NCBI GenBank assembly: GCA_041178425.1 | Contig: JBEGVH010000006.1 | Coordinates: forward strand, 1-64,000 | DNA length: 64,000 bases | Direction: 5' to 3' | Source: Pseudomonadota bacterium | Lineage (GTDB): Bacteria; Bdellovibrionota; Bdellovibrionia; Bdellovibrionales; Bdellovibrionaceae | Shown: one piece after another, positions 19,764-30,353 of the stretch | Layout: each line of letters starts with the position of its first letter | Position numbering within the stretch: the first letter of the stretch is position 1 | Made by a program: the position numbers and the translations under genes | Notes under the pieces: model-generated | Seen by the model: the letters and a program-made list of their open reading frames with translations, nothing else | What the model was told of the DNA's origin: nothing | Database searches by the model: none

Positions 19764-22700
19764 ACTGGCGTCCCGAGGACTCAATAAGAAAACAACCTTA
19801 CCCATCTTATCTTTTGTTCTGCCAGTTCAGGGCGCTTTTGTGAATACTTTGAATCAATCGCAGTTCAATCTCTCAGGAACTTGCAGCGAAAGTGGTCAGT
19901 CCGTCATCATCACCAGTCCCTTTGCAGGCGCTGCCGATTGTGAAAATGGGAGTTGGTCCACTGCACTCAATCTCCTCACTCAGAATAATGGACCTATTGC
20001 TATTACCATCAAACAGACCGACACGGTTGGGAACGAGTCTTTGCCTCTTACGGTAGAGGTCACTAAAGATGATGAGGTTCCTCAAGTGTCGGTGGTGGCC
20101 GCTGAAGCGGAAGTGAATATTTTGAATGTCGAAGCCTTTGAAATATCCGGCACGTGTTCCGAGGAGAATCGTCCCGTGATCATCAGTGGGCCACTGAATG
20201 CAGAAGCTTTGTGCCAATCTGGAAGTTGGTCAAAGATCTTGGATATGACATCCGTTGCTGATGGGCCTTTGGTACTTGAGGTCAATCATGCGGATACAGC
20301 AGGTAACCCCGCAATCACGGCCTTGCTCACACTCGCCAAAGACACCTCTTTTGCCAACCTCACGATGAATGCGCTTAATGTGACGGAAGGTAATGAAGCC
20401 ACCATTACCCTGACGCTCTCAAAACCTTCGTTGGTTCCAATCAGCTTTAAGGTGCAATCGGCCGATGATGTGGCTAAGGCCGGGAGTGATTTTGTCGCCA
20501 TTCCTCAGAAAACGATCAGTCTTCCGGTAGGGACGACTACGGCCACCATACCACTCACTACGAATGAGGACACAATTTTTGAAGGCCCTCAGACATTCAA
20601 ATTAGTGTATTCCGATCTGGTGAATGTGACGGCTAACCCAAGTGCGTCCATCATCACCATTCTTGATAACGAGGTGGCACCTAACTTAACTATTGGTGAT
20701 GCAACGGTCACTGAAGGCGGCGTCCTCGAGTTTACGGTTCAAGCCTCCTACGCCTCTGAATCCAACATTACTTTTGACTGGGGAACAGCGAATGGGACCG
20801 CTGTGGGCGGCAGCGATTTTGTGGTGGGCACAGGCACGGCGAGTATTCTCGGTGGGCAAAGTTCGGTTAAGATTACGGTGAACACAACGGATGATTTTAA
20901 GTATGAAGGAAACGAGACTCTTTATGTGAATCTCTCGAACTCACTGGTTTGTCCAATCCTCGATGGGCAAGGTGTAGGAACTATTTCTGATAATGATCCA
21001 AAGCCAACAATTGCGATCGCTGACGTTTCTGCTATCGAAGGGACTGTGGCTAATTTTGTCGTAAGCCTCAGTTCGGCCTCTGGTAAACCTATATCGTTTA
21101 CAGTCAACACAACGGCTGGTTCGGCTCAGCAAGGATTCGACTATGCGGGTGTGGTAGGTCAATCATTTACGATTCCAGCTGAAACTTTGAGTATCAATGT
21201 GCCCGTCTCGCTGTTGAATGATTCCTATTTTGAAGGTGATCAACAGTTTACTGCAAAAATTAGCGCCGTGAGTGATGGATTGGCGATCACCCGCGAGACA
21301 GCAACGGGCACAATCACCGATGATGAAGGGCCTCCGACGCTGAGTGTTTCTGACAGTTCCGCGAGCGAAGGCGGCGTATTGAAGTTTGCCGTGTCGTTGA
21401 ACGGACTCACTGATCATGATGTAACATTTAGTTGGGCATCGTCTGATGGTACAGCCTTGGCGGGTTCTGACTATGTCGCCAATAGTGGAACTAATATTAG
21501 CATTCCCCAGGGAACTTTATCGAAAAATATTCTTGTGAGCACCTCGACCGACGCCACCATGGAAAATGCTGAGACTATGAAAGTGACTTTATCTTCTGTC
21601 GTGGGCGCAACCGTTGCGGATGAAAGAGGCGATGGTAAAATCATTGATCCCTCCAGTTCCGCCGTTCTGAGTATCGCCGAAACCGAAGTGACAGAGGCAG
21701 GTGTGGCCATCTTCACGGTTTCTCTCACCCGCCCCCTTGATGACGATGTCACCTTTGATTGGACGACTTCTGAGGTGACGGCCAAAGCGGGGCTGGATTT
21801 TACTACGAGTTCGGGCACGACGGTTTTAATTGCGGCAGGAACCACGAGCACGACGTTGAGTGTTCCAACGTTGAATGATTCTAAAGATGAGGCAGATGAA
21901 ACCTTCAAGGTGACCATTAGCAATGTGGTGAATGCGTATCTTGGTGCCAGTGTCGGCATCGGCACGATACATGATGATACCGATGCTCCTCCAACAATTT
22001 CGCTGGGCGGTAATGTCACGGCCGTTGAAGGAGAGGCTCTTAGCTTTACAGTAAATCTTTCGGCGCCAAGTGGACAGGATATCTCGTTTGACTGGTCGAC
22101 TACATCAGGCACGGCCTTTAAAGATTTGGATTTTGAGGCTGTTGCCGGCGATAATATTGTTTTAACGGAGGGTACAACATCCTACACAATCCTTATTCCA
22201 ACTCTCCAAGACACCCTTAATGAAGACACCGAACAATTCACTCTCACTCTTTCAGACCTCAAAAATGCGACGGGTTCGGGGTTGATTCGCACGGGAACCA
22301 TCAATGACGACGGCGATTCTGCCCCTCAAGTTGCTGTGAATGATATTTCGGCCACAGAGGGGCAACCCCTTGTTTTTGTGATAAGTCTCGATAAAGCCAG
22401 CGGAAAAACAGTGAGTGTTAAAGCGGTGACAAGCAATGAGACGGCGATGGGTGGTAGTGACTTTGTGGCCTTGGCATCAACCACCTATGTTTTTGCTCCC
22501 GGTGATACGACTATTCAAGTTCCCATTTCGACGATGGCGGATGGTAAATACGAAGGATTGCAAACCTTTAAACTCCTTTTGGACTCACCAGTCGGCGCAA
22601 CCATCGAAGATCAACAGGGCGTGGGTACAATCATTGATAGCGAGGCCATACCGAGTCTGACGATAAGTTCAGTTTCAGTGAACGAGGGCAGTCATGCTCT

Positions 22701-25700
22701 TTTTACCGTTACGTCCTCTGGACTCACCGAAAGCAATATTACCTTTAATTGGGTAACGATGGATGGTACAGCCATCGCCCCCGACGACTATACATCGGTG
22801 GCGCAAACCCAAGGGGTGATCACCGCGGGATCCCTAAAAACAACACTGACGGTCAGCACCGCTGCCGATTCCCTCGATGAGAGCGATGAAAAATTAGCCG
22901 TAAAACTATCGAGCCCCTCAAATGCGGTGATTTCTGTTAATCAGGCCGAGGCGACCATTGTTGATCCGACGAAGCCTTTGCTCTCGGTGGTCGAATCCAC
23001 GAGTGCCACCGAAGGAAGTTCGTTGGTTTTCACGGTGTCTTTGTCAAAAACATCAGCAAGCAATATTACTTTCAACTGGGCGACAAGTCATCTCACGGCG
23101 GGCGCTGCTGATTACACGGTGGGTACGGGAACAAAAACAATTCCCGCGGGCAGTCTCTCTACAACAGTTTCGATTAATACCACTCAAGACACTATTTTTG
23201 AGACCGATGAAACATTGGCTTTTACCGTCACTTCGAGCGCGGTTGGTGTTTCTGCAGGGGAGAGTGTCGGAACCATTTTAAATGACGATTCGGCGCCATC
23301 GATCACGATCAATGATGTTACCCTAGAGACCGAAGGCGCCTCAGCGACCTTTACGGTCACGCTTTCTAAAACGAGTTCGGTGAATACGAGTGTGGAGTTT
23401 GAAACAACCAATGGCACAGCCTTGGCGGGTTCGGATTTTAACTATCAAAAAGGCCAACTCACGATTCCCCCTGGGCAGCTCACCGGTACGATCACGGTGC
23501 AAACGGTGAATGATACTTTGAGCGAACCGATAGAAGATTTTTTTATCACACTCACGAATCCGGGCAATGCGACGATCAACGATGGACTCGGAAAAGCCAC
23601 CATTCCTAAGAGCGACAATAAACCACCCGTGGCCTACGATCAAAATTTCACCCTGGCATCAACATCGACCAACGGGGTTAGTCTCACACTTAACAATATC
23701 GATCCCGAAAATGATCCGCTCTTAATGACTCTCGTTGCAAATCCTCAGCATGGATCGGTTGTGGGTGTTCCACCAACGATCACGTATTTGCCTTCGAACG
23801 GTTATACGGGGCCTGATAGTTTTCGTTATTATGTGTCGGATGGTGAGTTTAAATCGAATGAGGCGACGGTGACCTTAAACATCACCACGCAAATTAATTA
23901 TTTCAATTATGCCTCTCAGCCCGTGTACGATAAAACAGCTTGGTTAGATGTGGTGATCAATCCCCTAGACACAAACACATTCTATGCCATCGATATTCTT
24001 GGCTACGTCAAAAAAACCACTGATCAAGGCGCCACCTGGAAAGTTCTTTGCAAAACTATGGAGGGGCGGCCTTCAAGTCCTGATTATGTTTATTCGCAAC
24101 TCGAAGTGGCAGCCAACGATGGCCAGGCTTATGTTCAGTCTCAGGGGTATATACAGCTGGTGAGTGACAAAAACGGTGGTTTATGCACAAGGGTGAACCC
24201 CTTGAACAACGGAGTCTCATACCATTCAAGTGGCACCACAGGGCGAGCCGTCGTTATACATCCGACGAGTGGGAATCTTTATATTTTTGCCGGCAATAAA
24301 TTGTATAAGTCTCGCGACAAGGGCACCTCGTGGGATGTTGTCTTCACCTACTCCGTTGAAGGTAAAAGTTTTTATTATGGGTCAGTTTTTGTGGATCCCT
24401 TGGATGAACAAAAAATGTCTCTTTTCTTTATGGTCCTCACTAATAATAACACCACATGGGAGTACCCTGTCTATCGTTCTAACGACGGCGGTGGAACATT
24501 TTCGTCCTCGAATAGCCTTGGCAACTTTATTTTAAATGTCTTCAAAACGGCCGCGAAGCCGAGCGAAGTGTACGCGACACAACAAGGAGGTTATAAATCC
24601 ACAGACAACGGTCTCACCTGGACGTCTTCATCGGCTCACTACAATTACGAAAGAGATGTGGTGCTTCTGCCCAGCGGCGTGGCTTATCGAATTATGAAGG
24701 TTGATCGCACGGCCGTCATTCAGAAGGCCCCCGATTTTAGCAATCCCACGTGGACGGCGCTGAGCGGTGGAACCTTCAATCTTGAGCAAACCGACACTCG
24801 CGACAGCATCGATGTTGTTGGCAATACCATTATTGCTACCATTCAATACCAAATGTATCTGAGTAAAGACGGCGGCGCCACCTTTACGCGCATTGAAAAC
24901 GAAGGGCCTTCGAGTATTTTTTTAACGGCGGCGGTGGCCTTTGCCAGTGTCGACTCAAAAACCATCTACGCTTTAACCAAGTTCTGGGATGTGTTTAAAT
25001 CCACCGATGGTGGCAATACCTTTGCTCTTAAACACACCACCAACGACATTACTAATACCAAGGGGCGGCTGCAGGTTCATGCCATGGATCCCAATCGTTA
25101 TCTGGCGACGCAGCCCGGGTACCAGCAATCTCCGGGTGTGGCTTCTCAGAGAACAATCCGATCGATTGATGGCGGTGCTACGAATACGGCCTCTGATTCC
25201 TTGGGCTACAGTTATTATAATTATTGGAATCTTTCGCTGGCTTTGAGCCCGGTCGATCTCAATAAAACCTATTTTATTACCGGCGGGCCAATAGGTGTGA
25301 GTAATGATTTTATGGCAACGAAGGTTGACGATCCGGGTGGGTCCTTTACAGGGAGCCACAACAGGTCCTACCTCTCCGACGTGTCGGTGATCTCCGCCTT
25401 CAACACCAATATCGTGTGGATTGTCGAAAACAACGCTTTAATGAAATATGATCATTCGCTTCGATGGAAAATGGACTACAGTGCAAAGACGGGCCTCGGG
25501 ACGACCATTGCCACCATTGAGTACTATCGCATTTCAGAAACCGAATATAAACTTTTGGCGATTGGCACGAACGGGCAGATTGCCGCGAGCACCGATGAAG
25601 GAGAACATTTTACCCCGATTGATAACTCAACAAAATCGAGTTGTTCGCGCCGTCTGTTTGCCTCAAGCCCTCTTAATCGAGACATTATGATCACCGGTTG

Positions 25701-28700
25701 CGATGGCGGTTCAAGGGTGGATATCACCTCAAATGCGGGCAAAACGTGGACCACCTACAACGATCTCAATTGCCCCATTCAGGGTCTCACGTTTTCGCCC
25801 AAGTTCGTATTAATTGCCTGTCATAACCAAACGCCCATGCGCTTTCCTTATCAGAGCATCGAACCAACCCCGGTCAAGGTGCAATGGGCGCAGGCCTCTC
25901 AAAGTGTGAACGAAAACGTGAATGCGGTGGGCGCAACGTTAAATTTAGATACGGCCAGCAATCAGATCGTAGATGTGCATTACAAGATTGCGGGAACGTC
26001 TACTTTTAATCAGGATCATAACCTTGTCGATGGAGTTCTATCATTTGCTCCTGGAGAAACAACAAAAACTGTTTATTTTAACATCATCAACGATGCCTTT
26101 GTTGAAAGTTCCGAAACGGTCATTCTTAAAATAGACAAAGTGGTCAATGCTCAGTTGGGCGCCCATGTCACCCACACTGTCACTATCAATGCTGACTCTG
26201 CCGATAATCCAAAGATGACCTTATCGAGTCTGTCCACTTATTTTAGTGCAGTGGGTGGGGGTGGGAGCCTCACATTGACGGGAAGTAATTTTGCGAACGG
26301 AGTGACGGTGAAGATTGACGGCGCTGCGTGCGCGGTCACCGCCACACTTTCGACATCTATTACCTGTGGGCCGATTCCTGCTCATGCTTCGGGTACGGTA
26401 AAATTGGTTGTGCAGAATCCCGATGGGCAAACGGCCTCTGAAACCTTTACTTACTACCAAGAAAGCACAGCTTTAACGCTCACATCCTCGGCGACAACGA
26501 TCAAGAGCGGGGAGGCGTTCAGTGTGAGAGTGAAAGTGGTCGATGCTTTTGGCTCGGTGGTGGGGAGTGATTCCACCACGAGCATTACTCTCAGCTTGGG
26601 GACTAACCCCGGAGGGGCCTTAACGGGCACTCTCACCAAGACAGTCACTCACGGGGCGGCGCTGTTTTCAGATCTAAAACTCGATAAAGCCTTGAGTGGC
26701 TATGTTTTAGCCGCCACGGCTTCAACGGGAGCCACCGTCAATAGTTTGGAACTCACGGTGATCCCCGGCGCCCCGCACTCTCTGCTCGTCCAAACACAGC
26801 CTTCGTCGACGGTGGGGCAAAATACGGTTTTAGCCACGCAACCCATTTTTCACGTGCTCGATAGCGCCGGGAATCTAGTTGTTGCCGATAACACCACTCG
26901 TGTGACCCTGGTTGAGACGAGCAACACCGATCGGATTTTGGGAACGGCTACGAGAACGGCCGCTTCGGGAGTGGTGAGTTTTTCTGGTATAAGAATCGAT
27001 TTGACAGGATTGGTGGATCGCGCCGTCACGCTCACAGCCACAGGCTCCGAGGGCGTATTGCCAGTCACCACGAATCCCATAACGGTTTTGGCAAACAATC
27101 GCACCCCTGTGGCCTCCGATCAGACCATTGATTTTATTTATGACGATCGAAACCAAGTGGGGCATCAGTTGACGCTTTCAACTTATGATCCTGATGGCGA
27201 TCCATTGACTGCAACGATTATCAGGGCGCCACTCCATGGCACTCTGGAGGGCACTCCACCGGCCCTGCGCTATGTCGTATCGGGCGATTATTTAGGATCG
27301 GATTCGTTTCAGTACAAGGTCTCCGATGGTCAGTTGGAATCGTCGGTGGCGACGGTGAGTCTTAATTTTACCAAGAGAATTGCTATCCTCGACGTGGCGA
27401 AGTCTTCGAATGGCGGCCGTTATTGGGTGAAAGTAGCGGTCGATCCTAACACAGCCAATCGAATTATTGGGCTGGGTGATGACCTAATGATTTATGAAAC
27501 CACTAATGGTGGCACCACATGGACAGCTCGTTGTTCGACGCCGAGTAACAGCTATAATGATCTCTATAATCTGAATTTGTTTATTTCTAAGGGGCCCGAT
27601 GCCACCGCTTATTTCGGGAATCAGTACATTTTTTATAAAGTAATACCTGGCGGAGGAGCCTGTCCGGCGGCTCAGCCCTATTCGAATAACTATTATATGT
27701 ATTCCACGCGCTTTGCCAACGGTGCCGATACCACCAAGAGCAGTGGCGCTCTTTATGTTTGGAATCAACTTGCCATCGGTGGTGTTTATGGGGGGCGCGT
27801 GGTCACATCGACGGATCAGAGCGCTTCTTGGAATGTAGTGAGTATGCAGCCCGCAATGAAATCGCCGATGGGGTTACTCATCATCAACCCACACAATGAA
27901 AATGAAATGCTGGTGACCCAGCTGAGCAACGCACCGACCGATGGTATTTACAGGAGCACCGATGGAGGAGTGACATTCTCTTTGAAGGCAACAACAGGGT
28001 TTACCAGCCTCACGACCCATGTCAAATATGACCCGGGCCATAGTGGCTACGTCTATTCGAACACTGGTTATTATTCGTCGAATGGGGGGAGTACTTGGTC
28101 CAATGATGCCCGCTACTCAATGCCAGAGGACTGGGATATCGATAATAATGGGGCTGGCTACAAGGCCACCTATTCGGGCGCTAATCTATTGATTCAAAAA
28201 GCACCAGATATGAGAAATCCTGCGTGGGCCACATTATCGGGTGGCACCATTGCGAACACCGCCAGTGGGACCCCAGAGTGCTCGATTGCGGTGTCAGGAA
28301 ACGGCGCAACGATTGCGGTTCTTGTACAAGATCGCTTTTACCTTAGCACTGATAGTGGCGCGACCTTTAAACGAATCAATTTTAGTGCGGCCACTGTTCT
28401 GCCGGTTGCGAGTGTCGACACCGCGGATGGAAACACCCTCTTTGCCGTTGATAGTTACTGGAGAGTTTTTAAATCAACGAATACAGGATCAAGCTGGGTT
28501 TATGTTTTTTCAACGGGCAACGGGATCAGGCAGATGGGTTACGGGACGGCGCGCCTGCGTGTGGTCGATAGCACTCATGTTTATATCCGTAGCGGAAATG
28601 AGTATGGTGCTACAGGTTTTATTTCGACGTCCGATGGATTCGCATCGGTCGTGAAAGACAACATCAATGAGGTGCCAGCCCACTATTACTACCCCGACTT

Positions 28701-29343
28701 CATCAATATTGCTGATCCCAATTTTTATGCGACGGGTGTTAATACAAACTATCGAAAAACGGCGAATGCGGGCGCTACTTTTACGGATACCACGGTGTCT
28801 GCGTTTGGACATTACTATTGGGGATCTGCAAATTATACTCAGGTCAATCGCGAGGGTTGGGTTAACCCAGCGAATACCAATAAGGTCTGGATGGAGGTTA
28901 AATCACTTTTTGAGGTGGATATTAGTAATAATACCTCCAACGATCTCACCAGTCGCATTCCGAACTTCACCGATGTGGCCGGATTCACGGTAGTGAAAAA
29001 AACCAATGGAACCTACCGTTTGTGGGCGGTGAATGTGAACGGACAAATGGCCTATTCCGACGACGGGGCGGCAACTTTTACTAGCTTTGCCCCCACCACG
29101 GCGTCTCCGGGGGTGACGTGCGCCGATAAACGTTATCTTGAGGTGCTCTCGAATAATCAAAATGTGATGGCCATGGCATGCCAAAATTCGCAGATCGTCT
29201 CCTATTCGAAAGATGGCGGCCTGACGTGGGCGGATGCCACTGTTTCAAATTGTGGAATTATTGATATGGCGCTGACAAACCAAGGTAAAGTCTACCTGTC
29301 ATGTGGTTATTATAGTCCTGGTGTTTCTGTGGATTTTGAATAG
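19648..29343 (+). CDS. Main body of giant surface adhesin-like protein: Ig-like repeats, 10+1 Calx-beta, Big_9/cadherin-like, IPT/TIG, two Asp-box beta-propeller regions
   Basis: Repeats of EG...F.V.LS...T..GTA..G.DF...D...E..ETF; PVA.DQ...P.HG...G.DSF.Y.VSDG twice; about 20 S.D.G.TW/F boxes. The true reading frame starts at about 19757. Confidence 0.85.
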   Translation: MNLPVQTVSGRVFLIFRRHLKGLLVLWLRKKIRPETQSELASRGLNKKTTLPILSFVLPVQGAFVNTLNQSQFNLSGTCSESGQSVIITSPFAGAADCENGSWSTALNLLTQNNGPIAITIKQTDTVGNESLPLTVEVTKDDEVPQVSVVAAEAEVNILNVEAFEISGTCSEENRPVIISGPLNAEALCQSGSWSKILDMTSVADGPLVLEVNHADTAGNPAITALLTLAKDTSFANLTMNALNVTEGNEATITLTLSKPSLVPISFKVQSADDVAKAGSDFVAIPQKTISLPVGTTTATIPLTTNEDTIFEGPQTFKLVYSDLVNVTANPSASIITILDNEVAPNLTIGDATVTEGGVLEFTVQASYASESNITFDWGTANGTAVGGSDFVVGTGTASILGGQSSVKITVNTTDDFKYEGNETLYVNLSNSLVCPILDGQGVGTISDNDPKPTIAIADVSAIEGTVANFVVSLSSASGKPISFTVNTTAGSAQQGFDYAGVVGQSFTIPAETLSINVPVSLLNDSYFEGDQQFTAKISAVSDGLAITRETATGTITDDEGPPTLSVSDSSASEGGVLKFAVSLNGLTDHDVTFSWASSDGTALAGSDYVANSGTNISIPQGTLSKNILVSTSTDATMENAETMKVTLSSVVGATVADERGDGKIIDPSSSAVLSIAETEVTEAGVAIFTVSLTRPLDDDVTFDWTTSEVTAKAGLDFTTSSGTTVLIAAGTTSTTLSVPTLNDSKDEADETFKVTISNVVNAYLGASVGIGTIHDDTDAPPTISLGGNVTAVEGEALSFTVNLSAPSGQDISFDWSTTSGTAFKDLDFEAVAGDNIVLTEGTTSYTILIPTLQDTLNEDTEQFTLTLSDLKNATGSGLIRTGTINDDGDSAPQVAVNDISATEGQPLVFVISLDKASGKTVSVKAVTSNETAMGGSDFVALASTTYVFAPGDTTIQVPISTMADGKYEGLQTFKLLLDSPVGATIEDQQGVGTIIDSEAIPSLTISSVSVNEGSHALFTVTSSGLTESNITFNWVTMDGTAIAPDDYTSVAQTQGVITAGSLKTTLTVSTAADSLDESDEKLAVKLSSPSNAVISVNQAEATIVDPTKPLLSVVESTSATEGSSLVFTVSLSKTSASNITFNWATSHLTAGAADYTVGTGTKTIPAGSLSTTVSINTTQDTIFETDETLAFTVTSSAVGVSAGESVGTILNDDSAPSITINDVTLETEGASATFTVTLSKTSSVNTSVEFETTNGTALAGSDFNYQKGQLTIPPGQLTGTITVQTVNDTLSEPIEDFFITLTNPGNATINDGLGKATIPKSDNKPPVAYDQNFTLASTSTNGVSLTLNNIDPENDPLLMTLVANPQHGSVVGVPPTITYLPSNGYTGPDSFRYYVSDGEFKSNEATVTLNITTQINYFNYASQPVYDKTAWLDVVINPLDTNTFYAIDILGYVKKTTDQGATWKVLCKTMEGRPSSPDYVYSQLEVAANDGQAYVQSQGYIQLVSDKNGGLCTRVNPLNNGVSYHSSGTTGRAVVIHPTSGNLYIFAGNKLYKSRDKGTSWDVVFTYSVEGKSFYYGSVFVDPLDEQKMSLFFMVLTNNNTTWEYPVYRSNDGGGTFSSSNSLGNFILNVFKTAAKPSEVYATQQGGYKSTDNGLTWTSSSAHYNYERDVVLLPSGVAYRIMKVDRTAVIQKAPDFSNPTWTALSGGTFNLEQTDTRDSIDVVGNTIIATIQYQMYLSKDGGATFTRIENEGPSSIFLTAAVAFASVDSKTIYALTKFWDVFKSTDGGNTFALKHTTNDITNTKGRLQVHAMDPNRYLATQPGYQQSPGVASQRTIRSIDGGATNTASDSLGYSYYNYWNLSLALSPVDLNKTYFITGGPIGVSNDFMATKVDDPGGSFTGSHNRSYLSDVSVISAFNTNIVWIVENNALMKYDHSLRWKMDYSAKTGLGTTIATIEYYRISETEYKLLAIGTNGQIAASTDEGEHFTPIDNSTKSSCSRRLFASSPLNRDIMITGCDGGSRVDITSNAGKTWTTYNDLNCPIQGLTFSPKFVLIACHNQTPMRFPYQSIEPTPVKVQWAQASQSVNENVNAVGATLNLDTASNQIVDVHYKIAGTSTFNQDHNLVDGVLSFAPGETTKTVYFNIINDAFVESSETVILKIDKVVNAQLGAHVTHTVTINADSADNPKMTLSSLSTYFSAVGGGGSLTLTGSNFANGVTVKIDGAACAVTATLSTSITCGPIPAHASGTVKLVVQNPDGQTASETFTYYQESTALTLTSSATTIKSGEAFSVRVKVVDAFGSVVGSDSTTSITLSLGTNPGGALTGTLTKTVTHGAALFSDLKLDKALSGYVLAATASTGATVNSLELTVIPGAPHSLLVQTQPSSTVGQNTVLATQPIFHVLDSAGNLVVADNTTRVTLVETSNTDRILGTATRTAASGVVSFSGIRIDLTGLVDRAVTLTATGSEGVLPVTTNPITVLANNRTPVASDQTIDFIYDDRNQVGHQLTLSTYDPDGDPLTATIIRAPLHGTLEGTPPALRYVVSGDYLGSDSFQYKVSDGQLESSVATVSLNFTKRIAILDVAKSSNGGRYWVKVAVDPNTANRIIGLGDDLMIYETTNGGTTWTARCSTPSNSYNDLYNLNLFISKGPDATAYFGNQYIFYKVIPGGGACPAAQPYSNNYYMYSTRFANGADTTKSSGALYVWNQLAIGGVYGGRVVTSTDQSASWNVVSMQPAMKSPMGLLIINPHNENEMLVTQLSNAPTDGIYRSTDGGVTFSLKATTGFTSLTTHVKYDPGHSGYVYSNTGYYSSNGGSTWSNDARYSMPEDWDIDNNGAGYKATYSGANLLIQKAPDMRNPAWATLSGGTIANTASGTPECSIAVSGNGATIAVLVQDRFYLSTDSGATFKRINFSAATVLPVASVDTADGNTLFAVDSYWRVFKSTNTGSSWVYVFSTGNGIRQMGYGTARLRVVDSTHVYIRSGNEYGATGFISTSDGFASVVKDNINEVPAHYYYPDFINIADPNFYATGVNTNYRKTANAGATFTDTTVSAFGHYYWGSANYTQVNREGWVNPANTNKVWMEVKSLFEVDISNNTSNDLTSRIPNFTDVAGFTVVKKTNGTYRLWAVNVNGQMAYSDDGAATFTSFAPTTASPGVTCADKRYLEVLSNNQNVMAMACQNSQIVSYSKDGGLTWADATVSNCGIIDMALTNQGKVYLSCGYYSPGVSVDFE

Positions 29344-29399
29344 CAAAACGATGGGAGCTTAAAAAAGTACCTTAACAAAAGAAACTTAAGTGCAGCTCG

Positions 29400-30236
29400 C
29401 TATTTGTTGTTGAGCGACTCCCTCAAACAAGAATGAATGCGGTGACATTGTTGATCGAACGCTCGCCGATCATCTTCGGAGAGGGCCGTGCGGCTCCGAA
29501 GAGGCACAAATATTCGAGGAAAGTCCGTATTATCTAAATCAATCGTTTCTTCAGAAAACCCATTCCCATTTTCAGACGGGAGTTTGACTCTCACCCACAT
29601 ATGATCCCAACTGGAGGCGATAGTCGCGGTGAACGTCTCGTTAATGACGTCAGAGTCTTGGTGGTTTACTTGATTGAGGCTCCATTTTAAGAGTTCTGCG
29701 AATTGGCGGCAAACACCTCCGTAAGAGGTCTCAGCGCTTCTTTCGAGGGTGTCTTTGGGGTTAGTACTGAGAATCGGCATTTTCGAGGTGCGATCGTATT
29801 TGCCCTGATATTGATTCACGAGCCTGTAGGTTTGATGAATTCTCTCGTATCGATTCTTGATGGATCTGATGGCTTTTAATTGGTCAGAAAAATCTCTACG
29901 AACGTCTTCAAGACGGAGACTTTCTGCACCTGAGAGATACTCAGCGATTTTTACGCTGACCGGTCCCAAGACGGGAATATCCCAATTCTTTTGTGCAAAG
30001 CGGGCATGGTTTTGAAGTGGGCCAGGGTCAGCAGAATGAATGTCGAGGAGTTCCACGCAAGAAAAGGAGGTGGCATCAAGAAGTTCTTGGCCAGTCATTG
30101 ATGATTCGGCGATGGTGCGCAGAAATTCTGGTAACTGAGCTTCATTTTCAAAACAGGTTTGTTCTGAAGTCACAGCGCTCCAGCCCGTTTTGGGGAACCA
30201 CAGCAAAAAAACTAGAGTGAAAAAGATCAATTTCAT
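29400..30236 (-). CDS. Secreted transglutaminase-like (papain-fold Cys-His-Asp) protein
   Basis: Signal peptide from ATG 30236; GGVCRQFAELL, DHMWVRV and DLDNT motifs. Confidence 0.6.
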   Translation of the reverse strand: MKLIFFTLVFLLWFPKTGWSAVTSEQTCFENEAQLPEFLRTIAESSMTGQELLDATSFSCVELLDIHSADPGPLQNHARFAQKNWDIPVLGPVSVKIAEYLSGAESLRLEDVRRDFSDQLKAIRSIKNRYERIHQTYRLVNQYQGKYDRTSKMPILSTNPKDTLERSAETSYGGVCRQFAELLKWSLNQVNHQDSDVINETFTATIASSWDHMWVRVKLPSENGNGFSEETIDLDNTDFPRIFVPLRSRTALSEDDRRAFDQQCHRIHSCLRESLNNK

Positions 30237-30353
30237 TGGTCCCGTATAGCAGAGATTGAATCTATTTGGAGACAAACAGTTTTATCGTGGGTATAAACAC
30301 AATTTATAGTAATAAATTCAGGACAATGGCGTTAAGAGTGACGTTCCTTGGCC

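Noticed and set aside
21471..22112. 213-aa minus-strand ORF and similar short ORFs inside the giant gene
   Set aside because: Antisense shadows of the repetitive Calx-beta coding sequence.
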